Assembly: GCF_964204645.1 (NCBI RefSeq) | Contig: NC_134026.1 | Span: 5,169,950 to 5,233,949, forward strand | DNA length: 64,000 nt | Source of the DNA: Tubulanus polymorphus | Taxonomy: Eukaryota > Animalia > Nemertea | Direction of reading: 5' to 3' | Part shown: piece after piece, positions 42,130-54,298 of the stretch | How the letters are laid out: each line of letters begins with the position of its first letter | Numbering within the stretch: the first letter of the stretch is position 1 | The notes under the pieces: generated by a model | What the model was told of the DNA's origin: nothing | Databases searched by the model: none | The model's input: only the letters and a program-made list of their open reading frames with translations | Made by a program: the position numbers and the translations under genes

Positions 42130-45100
42130 TTACATAATGGCCGCCAGAATTATCATCGTAATGATGACAACGATATTCGATCGCGAAAAAACAGCCGACG
42201 AGCCGATGACAGTGTAAACGCCTCCGTCTTTATACGCTAATCTACCATCATTGAAATACTGCGGACAATCATCAACTGTGTAAAAAAAAAACAAAAACAT
42301 TACAAATCTAGAATTGTTATCAACATGTACGTTGAAGGGTTTGGACAGAAGATCTGTCACCGATGGTAATGTTTTTGCGTAATCTCATTTCAATATGTAA
42401 GCTGAAGAAAATTGGCAGAGTTCAATATTCAACTGGTGAACATACTGACATACTGTTAAGAACCTATCAGGATGTTTTTCCCCTACACGATAGACAAGCC
42501 CTACACAAAAGGATCTTTTATCAAGCAATGCTATGCTTGGGCTATTACGCTCAATTTTTACCAATTGGGGGCTATCTTAAGTCCTATCAGTCCGCATGCG
42601 TAGATTTGAGAAATGTTTATCAATATATCAACAGGTTTATGCTTATTTTGTAACCACAATCAATTGCAATTCTAGCTCATGACATGTTCTAAGAGAGTGG
42701 TGAGTTTCAAGCTTATTTTGATTACTGTATCATTGAATATTGGAATTGTCAGGAATGTCAAACATTTCACCAAGTGGGGATGGTGTCCCCGAACCCCTAG
42801 TTATCAATTCGATCGATCTATGGTATCATTTTTACTTACATTCTCTTTCATTTTCCAACAGTTCTAGAGCGAGACTAGCTCCTTCCTTCGAGCTATAACT
42901 GCGCGGCGTCTGATCTTGCCCACAAGCAGAGCTCGTAGCCCTCGACATGAGAATATTTTGGTAATCCAATCTTTGGTAAGTCTGAAAACCATAAGTTTAG
43001 ACTTAAGAGTAAGTATATTCAAGATAAGTATATTTCTACCAGAGCACTTTTTTCAGAGTACAATATAAAGCAATCACAAAACAAGCTTAAGTTGTAACCT
43101 TGATATATCTCAAGCGCCAACAACTCCGGCGGTCAAGGGTCAAGAATCGTAATTTTTACTCACCCAACATCTGAATCTAGAGGTAGCGTCTTCTTCGTCG
43201 TGTGTGATCAAATAAGAACGCGAATCTTCCATCCAATAACCGACGCATAACAGCTCGTGATCAGGCTCATCTGGAATTGATATCGCAACCACTCTTTGAA
43301 ATTGGGAAAAAATACCCGACATCTTTACGGGAGATCGAACCCGATCAGTCATCAAAGCTCGTCGACGCTTACCGAGCAGGGTCAATACTCACCATATTCT
43401 CCAATCGGACGACCTAAATGGTCGACAGTCGCGCAACGCTGAGCGTCGACTAGAATCTTCTTCGTGTCCTGACGACAAACGCGAAGCTGCGTTTCGAACT
43501 CGCGACAGTCGACCTGCATACGCGGCCGCTCGGTGACGCCGCGAATCCTCGTGTGGTATTTCTCGCTCTGTAGACCGGTCTGAATGAACCGATAGATACC
43601 AGCGACCGGACACACGATTGGATTCGGCGGATCAACTGTGAAAATAAATAGTTACATCGAAGAATGAAACACTGAACTTAACACGCATATCCACCGTACT
43701 TGATAACCCAGAACTGACGATTTAAGAGCCGATATTTTCAACTCAATAAGCCAAGGCTCTTCGCCAGGAAGTTTAATCAACTGTTTGTAAATTTTCCAAA
43801 TCCATGAACAAATTCCCACTGATGTGCGTATTTGGATAATAAATTGAGAATCTCATATTCCTGATGATGACTAATAGGTTATAGTCGAAATGTTGAACCA
43901 ATAAACTATTAGCTTAAAGGAAACTTCCTTAGTGTGGGATTCTCAATTTAGCAACTCCCAGGGTTTGTAGCACTCAGGACTGAGGTGAAAGTCAGAACTT
44001 TTTTCATATTAATCCAAAGCCAGGTTCCCCACATTTTTCTGATTAAGCCACACTAGTGGCAAGGTTTCAATAATAATCCCAGTTGAAAAACCACAAAGAC
44101 AGTAAATAGATTGTCAGTAGAAATTCCCTGTGATAACATTCTGTCCAAAAAGTAAGTATTTTCAGGACTTATCAAGGCCTATCCAAAATTTGTCCAACAA
44201 AAGTAAGCAATTTTCAGACTTAGCCAGATGTAGACTTCTTATTCTGATACATAATACGTACGAATCAATGTCTTGTATTTCCAATTATCGGCTTTGAAGT
44301 TGAACGATGACCAACTGCAAGCTTCTAAAAACTTAAGTGATCGATAATTCTTAACCCCGAGTTCTCCCTTGGTCTGACGATAAGGTTTCCCTGCAATTTG
44401 AATTTTTTATGACATTTGATTACATTAAAATCAATCAAAACTGCAGAGATCACAAATCATCACAACGAATCTAACGTACCCATTCTGTATCTGATAATGT
44501 TGTGATGTCGAGGTAAAAAGTCAACGCAAATGTAATCAATTTCGCTAGAATGAGAACAACCAAATATTCACCTATAGACTTCTGAATTGTATTTCAATAT
44601 AATCTGTTCATAATTGTTCACAAATATAAGGGGGAAAATCCAGGCTCAATACGTGATAAAAGTTTCACAACGATTTACGATAAAAGTGGAAATTCTTCAT
44701 ATTGTTTGGCGTCTGTTTGCGACCAAGTAAGAGGCTATTTTGTAACCTATAATTAGTCGCCTCGAGTTCCCACTATTCAATTCAAGTTCAATTCGGTGGT
44801 ACAGACTGGTTAAATATATTTTCAGGCTTTCCAAATTTTGTCGAATCTGTTTTTGAAACTATTTACGGAGGCCGACAAGACAAACTTCTCCGGTTCAACT
44901 ATTCCAGCTGTTCGTCGTTGATTGAGGAAATTTTTCCAGAAATTCAAACGACGTCTGAATTTCTTCGAATAACGATACGTACCATCTTCCGACGGTGACA
45001 GCCGTCATCAGATACCGCGAATCACGAGTCTGTTGACAAGTGAAATACGACTCTCGATATCGGTATTGATCGAGTTTCGTTTTGAAGAATATATGCGTCG

Positions 45101-48100
45101 AGTTGATGATGACGTTACTGTCGTATTCGCTCGTGGTGAACCAATCTCCCGTGAAATTAGACGGCAGGTTACAGGCCGGCGATATCTCCTCTAACTGATC
45201 CTGGTTATTCGCTGCAATCGAATCAAATTCATGCGATAAGTCAACTACTGCCAGAAAATATTTCGAAATTCCGTTTTTCCAGCCCGACCCAAGCAAGTAT
45301 GCAAAGTTCTTCAGTACAGAAAACTCTGACCCGACTAACTTGATATCTCCCTTTGTAGCACACACAATTTAATATAAAAAAATAGTAGTTTAATTGAAAA
45401 TGAACTAGAAATCATTCAGATTTTGAGAGAATTTTGATAATTTCAGTTTTAATTGAGGTCTCTAAAGAGTAGAAACTACCGGTGCTCGTAAATAGTAATG
45501 GTTATCAGGTGTGAAAACTTCGCCTTACTCGGTAGTGTTGAGACAGTTAATATTTCACCGAGATGAGAACATTGGACGATATACAAGGCTTTTCTAGATG
45601 ACTGTTTGTAAAATACGATGACTAGAGTGAACTAGCGTGTAAAGCAGGGTCTACTTTCGTAACACCTAATTAGACACCTTCCAAGTTTAATCAGATACGC
45701 TTTAAATATTCAATTTCTTTAGAGGTATCGCAACTCTACAATTGGTACATACTTGGTGACAGAATCAATTCAACAGGACCTTGAGCAGCTCCTCTCAGTT
45801 GCAAACAAGTCGGTTTGACTGACATGACGTAACGTTTCTTTAAATCAAGACGCTGCTGGTCGAGATTCGTCAACTGAGGATAAAGAGTTAATTCATTAGT
45901 TTCATGTACTGTACAGAGGCATCGAACTGAAGGAAACTATCCGAGTTTTCCAGGTTTTTGGTAAAATTCGTCAAATTCCTTGAGTTTTCCAAAAACTTAC
46001 CAGACAACGGAATTTATCTTCAGGTCTGTCCTTATTCATCGCGACAGCCGAGAAAATGTTGCCGGTCTCCTGATCGGACCACGATCCCAAACATTGAAAA
46101 CGAATGTCTAAAAGTAACAAATAAAATAGATGACAACCCGCAAAGGAAATCTTATCCGATATAAAATTGACATCAGATTTCTCAGATAAATCAACTACCG
46201 TCAGTGCGAGGTTGTGCCCTTTAATGTTCATAGAAAACTTACTTTCGCCAGAAAGTGTAACGTCGGAGCTCGAATCAGAAGCGATGTTCGGACATCGACC
46301 AAAACGCATAAAGAATATCTCATTGTCGACGTACGGTGAACCGGGAGCGTGACACGAGTAGATTCCACTTTTATCGCTCGAACAGATACCACCGCCTGCG
46401 TTCTTCTGTTTGTAGTCAAAATGGTAAACACCGTCGAATGTTGTTTTACAATCGACTTTCCTGATGGCCTTTCCTGAAGATAGAGAATACATTCACGATT
46501 ATTGCATTACAAGCTTTTCAGATCTTAATGAAACACAGCAAAGATATATCATTAACGATGCTGTGTTGTTATTGCAAAGTTCGTCGTTAACTTATCCGGT
46601 GGTCTCGATGCTAAGGGTCCTAATCAAGGTCTAAGAACAGTCGAATAACTTAGTAACTGCGAGCTGATAGAAAATCCATAGTAAATATGGCATTGATCCG
46701 ATACGAACTGAAGGACAAACAGAGAATTATCATAGAATATCCAGCTTTAAAAAGTCGATACTTACGGAAGAATGTTTCCAATTCAATTTCTGGAGACAAT
46801 GTTCCGCAAATCGACGCAAACGCATTGTTCGGATCGTTATTAGTCATCGGTGACGAACCTGAAAAATGAACAAACACCGCATTCGTTATAAAAACCTCAT
46901 TTTCAATGCAAGGGATTAAAACGATGAATAGTTCGCGATGACTTACTCTTTCTCACTTGTAAAACATTGATCGTGCGATGTAAAAACCAAAAACAGAAAT
47001 ATTTCATTCTGAAAACAAGGAGTCACGATTGAGATACAAGGTTAGGATCAAATAACGGAGGTCTAAATGAAGAAACAAGGAGCCTATCGGCTTATATAGC
47101 TCCGCTGTGTGATTTGAAGAAATAGAAACTCCACCCCCAGGAACGTCCCCCTGAGGGACAAATCCAAAAAAATGGCTCTGTAACTTTATAGGCCTAGGCC
47201 CTAAATGAATGAGTTTATTGGAATCTTCATCTGAACACGTAATATCACTCACTGTGCAGCGTCATAAAAAAGAATCTTGCTATTGACATTCAATCCATTA
47301 TCGGTTAGAGTCATTTCCTGGCTTATCATTTTGCCTTTGTAGAGAACTTTTCGTTTTTCTTGTGGCCCGGTAAGTTTTTGCGTCATCTGTATGTCGGATG
47401 CACCGATTAACGTCGTGTGGCTGATACCGTTGATGTACGCGTACCATTCTCCATGAAAATTTACCGGAATAACCATCGGGTCATTCTGCAATTGACAATC
47501 TACAATCAAAAACGAAAAGAGAGTATGTAATAAGATCGAGCTATTTTTGGGTGCAGCAAAATTTCAAATTTTCAACACCTCATTTCAAAGTAATTAAGAT
47601 ATATTCCTAAATTTTCTGGGGGGACCCCCTATCCCCCTCCACATTGCTTAGAGCCTCCAGTACTCGCCGTCCAGCAGCATTTGATAGACCAGCAGAGCAC
47701 CACTCTGAGGGTGGCCACTTTTATTTGACTAGCTCCCCCCCCCCCCCCGACTATTTTATTATTCACTGACATGATCAGCTATGACACCTGCTGAGGACAA
47801 GGAACTTTTTGATTTTACACACAATCTAGCAATCTCATCAAATTCCCAATTCCCTGACTTATTTAAAGAAAAGAAAATTGCCTGACTTTTCCCTGATTTC
47901 CAGGTAAGTGGCCACCCTAACTCTTTTGAAAATCCTGGATCAACGCCTATATCTGATACATCGAATATTGATGAAGAAGTGGCAGAAAAGTGACGTATTC
48001 TTTCATTTTTCAATAAAATTGAACATCCTACTCTTTATAAATGTATATTATTGACTGTCATTTTAAGCAAAGTGGTGCCATGATGGAAGGCTCCCTCGCG

Positions 48101-48703
48101 AGTTACATTCTGAAGTAAATCAGACGTTTGACCAGTGACGGTCTTGCGTCAATAATAATTGTAGTCGTTGTAGATTTTGTTGAAGTGATAAGTCTTCTGA
48201 CAATCTATCTATAGTACAATGGTTGTTAGTCTATTTTTGAACGCGTGAAATGAAATCTGCCAATGCCACAATGCTGGGTCTGGGTGGGATTGATTAATAA
48301 CACATGAGACTAGGGTAGGGGCCCAACGCTTTAGGTCGGTACATGCTAAAAGGCGTATAAGTCCACGCCATTGTTTATCAAGATGTGATATGCAACAGTT
48401 CATTAGTTTTTCCTCATCGACACAAGTTATATTTTATTTACGAAAAAACCAAATACCTTGTATGTGAAAGGGCCCAAATAAATAATAAAATTCGAATTGA
48501 ATTGATTGAAAGTTGCTTTTTTAATCGCAAAATTTACTTAATAAAACAAGCTATCGATGTAAATCAAGCGTTAGAATTGATGATATAAGAACAGTCATTC
48601 GTAAAAAGACATCATTTTATATACCTGAACTTGGTATCGATAAGAAAAGTGCAAAAACTATTCCAAAAAGCGACAAAACGTAAGAACTGTTTTGCGCCGC
48701 CAT
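42130..48703 (-). CDS. Uncharacterised Cys-rich, internally repeated cell-surface protein (DUF7042/7043/7044-type invertebrate family)
   Basis: Signal-peptide exon at 48703 (MAAQNSSYVLSLFGIVFALFLSIPSS) spliced to DCQ...IPVNFHGEWY. A second module has CNLPSNFTGDWF; repeated motifs FQCLGSW...DKFRC and LLCVGYW...SRFRCW; hydrophobic C-terminus ending VVIITMIILAAIM*. Family name recalled from motifs; not all internal junctions verified. Confidence 0.7.
43840..43950 (+). ncRNA. Hammerhead-ribozyme-like motif (Penelope-type, probably decayed)
   Basis: CTGATGA (43861-43867), stem II GACTA/TAGTC, GAAA (43887-43890), then AATAAA; enclosed by a 19-20-nt inverted repeat (43840-43859 / 43932-43950). Confidence 0.4.
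47707..47919. mobile_element. hAT-like MITE with 5-bp target duplication
   Basis: TIR AGGGTGGCCACTT / AAGTGGCCACCCT; ACTCT at both 47702-47706 and 47920-47924; TTCCCTGA subterminal repeats. Confidence 0.65.
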
Positions 48704-49838
48704 TTTGTTTGCTATCAGCTTTTCTTTCAAGATATAAAGGGGAACTGGGTATAAAGGTAAAATTTATGGTTGTTATTTCGACGTTTTTGTCTCTCAAAAA
48801 ATATAAAAATTCAGATCAAGTAAACATAAATTTCTTGAAATTAAGCGAGAGTGGGTATAACTTTTTGATTTAAACAAAACTCGAACAAATTTCTATAATA
48901 CGAATGCTATCACCCCTTACAATACAATCCCGCTACCCGATACATTCCACTGCCACTTGGCGGAGCCATCTCCCGGAAGGTGTGGTGGGAGATGACTCAA
49001 GCTAGTTCATATCGCCCCCACCCAGATGGTCCAATGTGGGTGATCAAAAAGATAATCTTAAATCTTGTGGATATCGAATAGATAATGAATCATTACCACA
49101 TATCAATTCCTATCATTCTTAAAAAGAGATCCATCAAATGACAACGATGATTGAAATGGCTTGGCTGGAATATTTGGGTTAATACAGTGGTTGTTCCTCA
49201 ACATCTAAATGACTAACTATTCTACGTAAAAATTTCAGTCAGTTTATTTCGGTAATTTCTAAAAAAATACATGATTCGAATTTCAATCAAGATGACATCA
49301 TTATAAAACAAGTTTTACAACTTCACACAGAAACAAACATTTACAAAGTTCACAAAATCTTGGGCACTGAAACGAGAAAATGAGTATATAGTACTACATC
49401 TGAGAATACGTATAGGGAAGAATTAACTCTGAAGTTATCTAATGCTTGCAATAAAAGAATGGATTAAAAATCTATATCCCGAAAATGTTCAAATTAAAAT
49501 AATACAAAATTTTTTGCATCGTTCCTAAAAACAATGTCTTATGACAGACTTATGCAATCCTCAGTAATATGCAAGCGAATGAAATTCCTTTTTGATTAAA
49601 TCTTATATCCAGCCAGATTATTAAATCAATCACCGTTTAGGCCAGATAGCCCTAACAATATATATCATAACGCATGCACTGATTTCATACTGTACACGGT
49701 TATTAAATGCAGAAAACAACATTTTCTCTAAAAACACTAGGTTCACTGATTGGTATTGTTTGGTTCGTTTTCAAAAATTGCTAAAATAGTTCACATTATT
49801 GCCAAGTGTTAACACCGCCATATCCAAGAAACTGTTTG

Positions 49839-52800
49839 TTAACTTCCTTCTTTTTCTGCAGGTTTATCCTTAGCCAATAACACAGTATGCTGTCCACCTG
49901 CTGAAATCATTATCACTTCCCTGCAAAAGATAATTGAGAATTGAGTGAAATAATAAGATTCATATACCAAAGAAATGTTTTTGAACAATTCCAATTCTTT
50001 AAATGAAACTGGGACCCACAAGCCAGTTGTATAGTCATGGCTTGGAGTTGGGACAGGTCTAGGGTCATCTTAAAACTTTCAGACGAATCTTAAGATTCTC
50101 AGACCACTTTTGGACTTTGGGCCGTTGACAAAATAACAACCAAACAAATTCTTCTATGATTGAAATGATCTGCGCAATATTCTATATAATGTCGCTTTGA
50201 ATCTGTCCACTCCATCGTGGGTTTATTAAACGTACCTGTTTAAAAGTTGTTTTCCCGCAATTTTGATTGGTTCGTACACATCGTCGTCGTTGCCAGTTCC
50301 TAATTGTTGATTCGTACCCATTCCCCATGAAAAACCGACACCTGAAAATATCGAAACCGCTGTCAAATATTTGCAATCCAATTCATATGCTTCAATAACA
50401 GAAGATCGAATCATTCAAAGATTATTCAGATCACTACTACACTACAGCGAGTATGAATTATTCGTCGTATGAAAGTTTTATGTACCATCATTAGACACGG
50501 CGAAACTGACAGAACTTCCAGCTGATATAGACTGACATCCAGTTCCGTTTAGCGATGTTATCAAAGTTGGTTCTTTCGTTTCTTCACAATCCTTTCCAAG
50601 ACCTAACCTTCCGTACTCTTTACGCCCTAAACTGTATACTTTGCCTGCAAAATAAGAATCGAATGAAAGAATGAATAAATGGAATTTTCTTCTGAATCTA
50701 GATTTCATTTCACCCAACTGATTTTAACAAACCTGCAGTGTCCAATGCGACGGTATGGTGCTGTCCACTTGCGAAACTCTTCCACTGTTTGCCTTCAAAT
50801 GATGTTAATCGTTCTGGCATGAATCTATTCTCCATATCATCAATTCCTATCATTCATAATTGATAAAACAATTATCCACTTCCGATAAAAATATTTCAAA
50901 CACGTAGAAAGGAATCATTATAATAGGATTTGGAAGACTCGACCAAATCGATGCAATTAATGACAATGAAATCTTTATGACAATTGTAATCAGAAAATTA
51001 TTATCAGAAATTTTTTCATTTCAGTTTTTAGTCTGAAAAATATCTAAAACCAATTATTAAGGCCAGTATAACTGAAACTATATGAAACAAAAATTGAACT
51101 CTATTTAACATACCGAGTTGGTAGTAATTATTCAGACCCCACGCGTAAATATCTCCAGATTCTGCTTCACGCGCGAATGTGTCGAACGTTCCGGCCCAGA
51201 TATCGCTGAATTTAGACGATTTTCGTCCACGAGAACGGCGACAGCGAACGATACCGGGCGTCAACAGATATTCTGAAAATTTGATCAAATCATCTTCTGA
51301 AGACTAATAGAACATTTTACGGACTTCTAAATTCATGAAACATGGAAAATAACTTACCAGCGCCCTTTCGACCTCCGCGTACAGCGAAGCATTCGGCTAC
51401 CCTACCCAACTGTCCTTGTTCAGCATTTCCTATGCGTACAAATTAAGAAATGATTAAGATGACATCTGAAATTCTGATTCCATTGTGGTTTCTGAGATAC
51501 CGGTACTGAGTTAAGGCACAGAGTCTACTATATATGATTTACCTGCGGTGTAAATTTCACCGTTTGATGTTAAACAAGCCAGATGGTCACCACCAGACAC
51601 GATCTTCACAACGACAGTCTTTGGTGAACCGATAACAAACTGCACAGGTGTCTTCTGAACGTTCTTATACGTTATCATTCCCATTAAACCATTAGCATCC
51701 TAGAATACCAACAAATCCCATTGTGAAATGTGAAACAATTTGACAAACTTACTTATATACAATATTATGATAATATCTTTTTACATCATTTTTCATCATT
51801 AAGGGTGATAGATATTTCAGCAATCTTAAGTCTTAACTCTCCATTAAAAGATGACAGATGATGACCCTACCCTGGTGAAAAATAACAACTTACTCTAAAT
51901 ATTCCCCAAATGTAAACTTTGCCTTCCTCAGTCAGTGCAGCCGTGTGGCTATCTCCTGCACTAACTTGAACAACTTTACTCGGCAACTCCACTTTAGCTG
52001 GCAGTGTTTCAGAGCCTTCTTCCGACGTATCTCGACCAAGAGCACCATCATCATTACAGCCGAATGTAATTACCTAAAGATGTGCAAAAAAACAACAATA
52101 AAATATGAAGAGTTATTGTGATTATGATGATTCCGATCAATGTTTTTTCTTTTTTCTTCGGATTAAGACAAATCCACTATGGGCCAGTCTTAGAAAATTT
52201 GTTACTTCAGTAGTGCATTTCATATATGACCACTGTTGTTTGTCTGTTGCCAAACAGCCCGGTTCTATTACCTCTCCTTTTGAAGTCAAGCAAACAGTGT
52301 GCATACCACCGGCGAAGACCTGAATTATATCTTCAGAGATATCGACTTTACTCGGGCGAGATCTCTCCAGAATATCTTCACCGAGGCCCAGTTGACCGAC
52401 ATCACCTTCACCCAGAGTTAACACGATTCCACCAACCGTTGCATGCGACTCGTGAGAGACTACAATAGAAAGATATTGTTTCACTTGAAAATACAAGTAG
52501 TCTCGGGTTGAAAAAATGTCTGTACAATATAATAATAAATTGTCATTTATATAGCGCAAGACCCCTTAAGAATAGAAGTTCAAATGCGCTCCTCTAGAAA
52601 CTATAAGTAGCTGGTACGGAATAGAACGGTTTTGAGTGTTCGCTTGAATGATTCACAAGACAAAGACATGGAGTCAGGTATGTCCGCAAGAAGGTTATTC
52701 CACAGTCTGGGAGCATATGTGGAGAATGTTCTGCCACCGTATGATGACCAACGGAAATAGGAACAACCAGTCTCTCCTGATTGGCAGAAGGTAGAAGTCT

Positions 52801-53347
52801 GACAGGTACATAGACTTGTAATAATCCGGATAAGTATACGGGAGCCAGATGATACAATATGATTGTTATATGAGCCATCTACCAATGGTACATGGCTTCT
52901 GACAATTTTGGGTTAGATTTAACTCTTTGTGCGCTGGATCCAATGAAAAATGGGGAAAATGATTTACAAATACATGCAGACTCTGACATATGTACCGGCA
53001 CTTTATAAATGTTAATTACTATCATTATTATTATTATTATAATAGTAATAAACATTTATAAAGTGCCGGTTTCTCATAACGAGTTCACCGGTGCTGAGAA
53101 ATGAGATGGTTCCATTGAAACACGAGAAATGTTTTAATGAACGTTCGAACTATTCAGTGCTATTTCAAATATCTAAGAAATTTCATTTATTAAAATTGTA
53201 CTATACGAATATATAGTTATTTCTATAACTTCCTAATTTACCTTTCTGTTTTTTACTTTTAGGTGGTTCCACAGTGTCATCATTTTCTTCATTGGGACGT
53301 TTTCTGGAGGGTTGAGCCTCTTTTGCTTTAGGTCTTCTTCCAACCAT
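49839..53347 (-). CDS. RCC1: Regulator of chromosome condensation 1 (Ran GEF), multi-exon
   Basis: Basic N-terminus [10 protein letters not shown]...KKQK; RCC1 repeats [94 protein letters not shown]. Confidence 0.95.
52526..52890 (-). mobile_element. 5'-truncated L2 (CR1/L2-clade) LINE 3' fragment in RCC1 intron
   Basis: Frameshifted ORF2 C-terminus [20 protein letters not shown] / [17 protein letters not shown]...[11 protein letters not shown], then the L2-type tail AGCGC...GCGCTATATAAAT...TTATTATTAT. Confidence 0.8.
52994..53070. repeat. 29-bp inverted repeat around an (ATT)n spacer
   Basis: ACCGGCACTTTATAAATGTT-A-ATTACTAT (52994-53022) and its reverse complement at 53042-53070, one mismatch. 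Confidence 0.85.
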
Positions 53348-54298
53348 TTTTTCTGAATTCTGATTAAAGAATTTTGATATAGAATAATTGTGGGAGTTGC
53401 CTTTGTTTTAATTAATTCCATTGTTAGTGTGACAGCAGTCTCAAACCATTGATAGTTTATCACAGTTAGTTCTCCTGAATAACTGGCATTTAACATGAAA
53501 CCCAGATAATCTCACAGGGTACCAACAATGGCTTAATTACTTGGCATTTAAGAGTATCATAGGCCACACTTCAAATTACAAATAATTGGAATTTTGCACC
53601 AGAAAATAATTAGCCGTCTTCACGTTTTTTAATTAAGTCACATCCAATGAAATGAGATTAACAAATAAGGGACCCAAATAAGGAAAAGTGGAGTCAAATT
53701 CAACTCACAAAAGACTATGAACAAGTATCTTTTCTAAAGAACTATTTCCACAAAAGCGAATCGTCCAAATATACAATAAAGTTAATTTACATCAAGTGGA
53801 TTTAACTTTTCTTTTGCAGGAACGCAGTTTTTTGGTGGTTCACCGTGGAAAATTTGGAAATATAAACATAAACCGTATCACTTGGTAAAATCACACGTTC
53901 ATTCTTTTAAAAGCACGGTGCGAAAACCCCACATACCTTTTGATTTACCGACGATTTAGACGATTGAAAAGTTTTACGATTTTTAAGCCAAGCTATTTTC
54001 CCTCTTGTAGGTGGCGCTACCGTACGATAACCAAAAGTAAAAACCAATTTCAATTTAACTTTATTTATTGTCCGCAGGTCGAACGGAACACTCATTGCTT
54101 TCATTCGATATCAATCAAATTAATGAAAAGAAATTCGCTAGCGCATCGTCCTCAACCGGAAAAGACAGAAATGATATAACCCATTCTCTATTTAATAAAT
54201 GAAACAAATTTCCGGTTACCAAAAAGGCAAAATACCATTTTGTCATCTCTATAGAATTTACCGACAAACTAAATAGATTCAATATATAAATTTTATTA

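Noticed and set aside
43300-43385. GGTTCGATC B-box on the - strand as a tRNA gene
   Set aside because: No cloverleaf; at most a decayed tRNA-SINE head in an intron.
53350-53935. U17/SNORA73 snoRNA in the RCC1 5' intron, as in vertebrates
   Set aside because: The conserved AUAUUCCUA and AAACCAU motifs were not found on the - strand.
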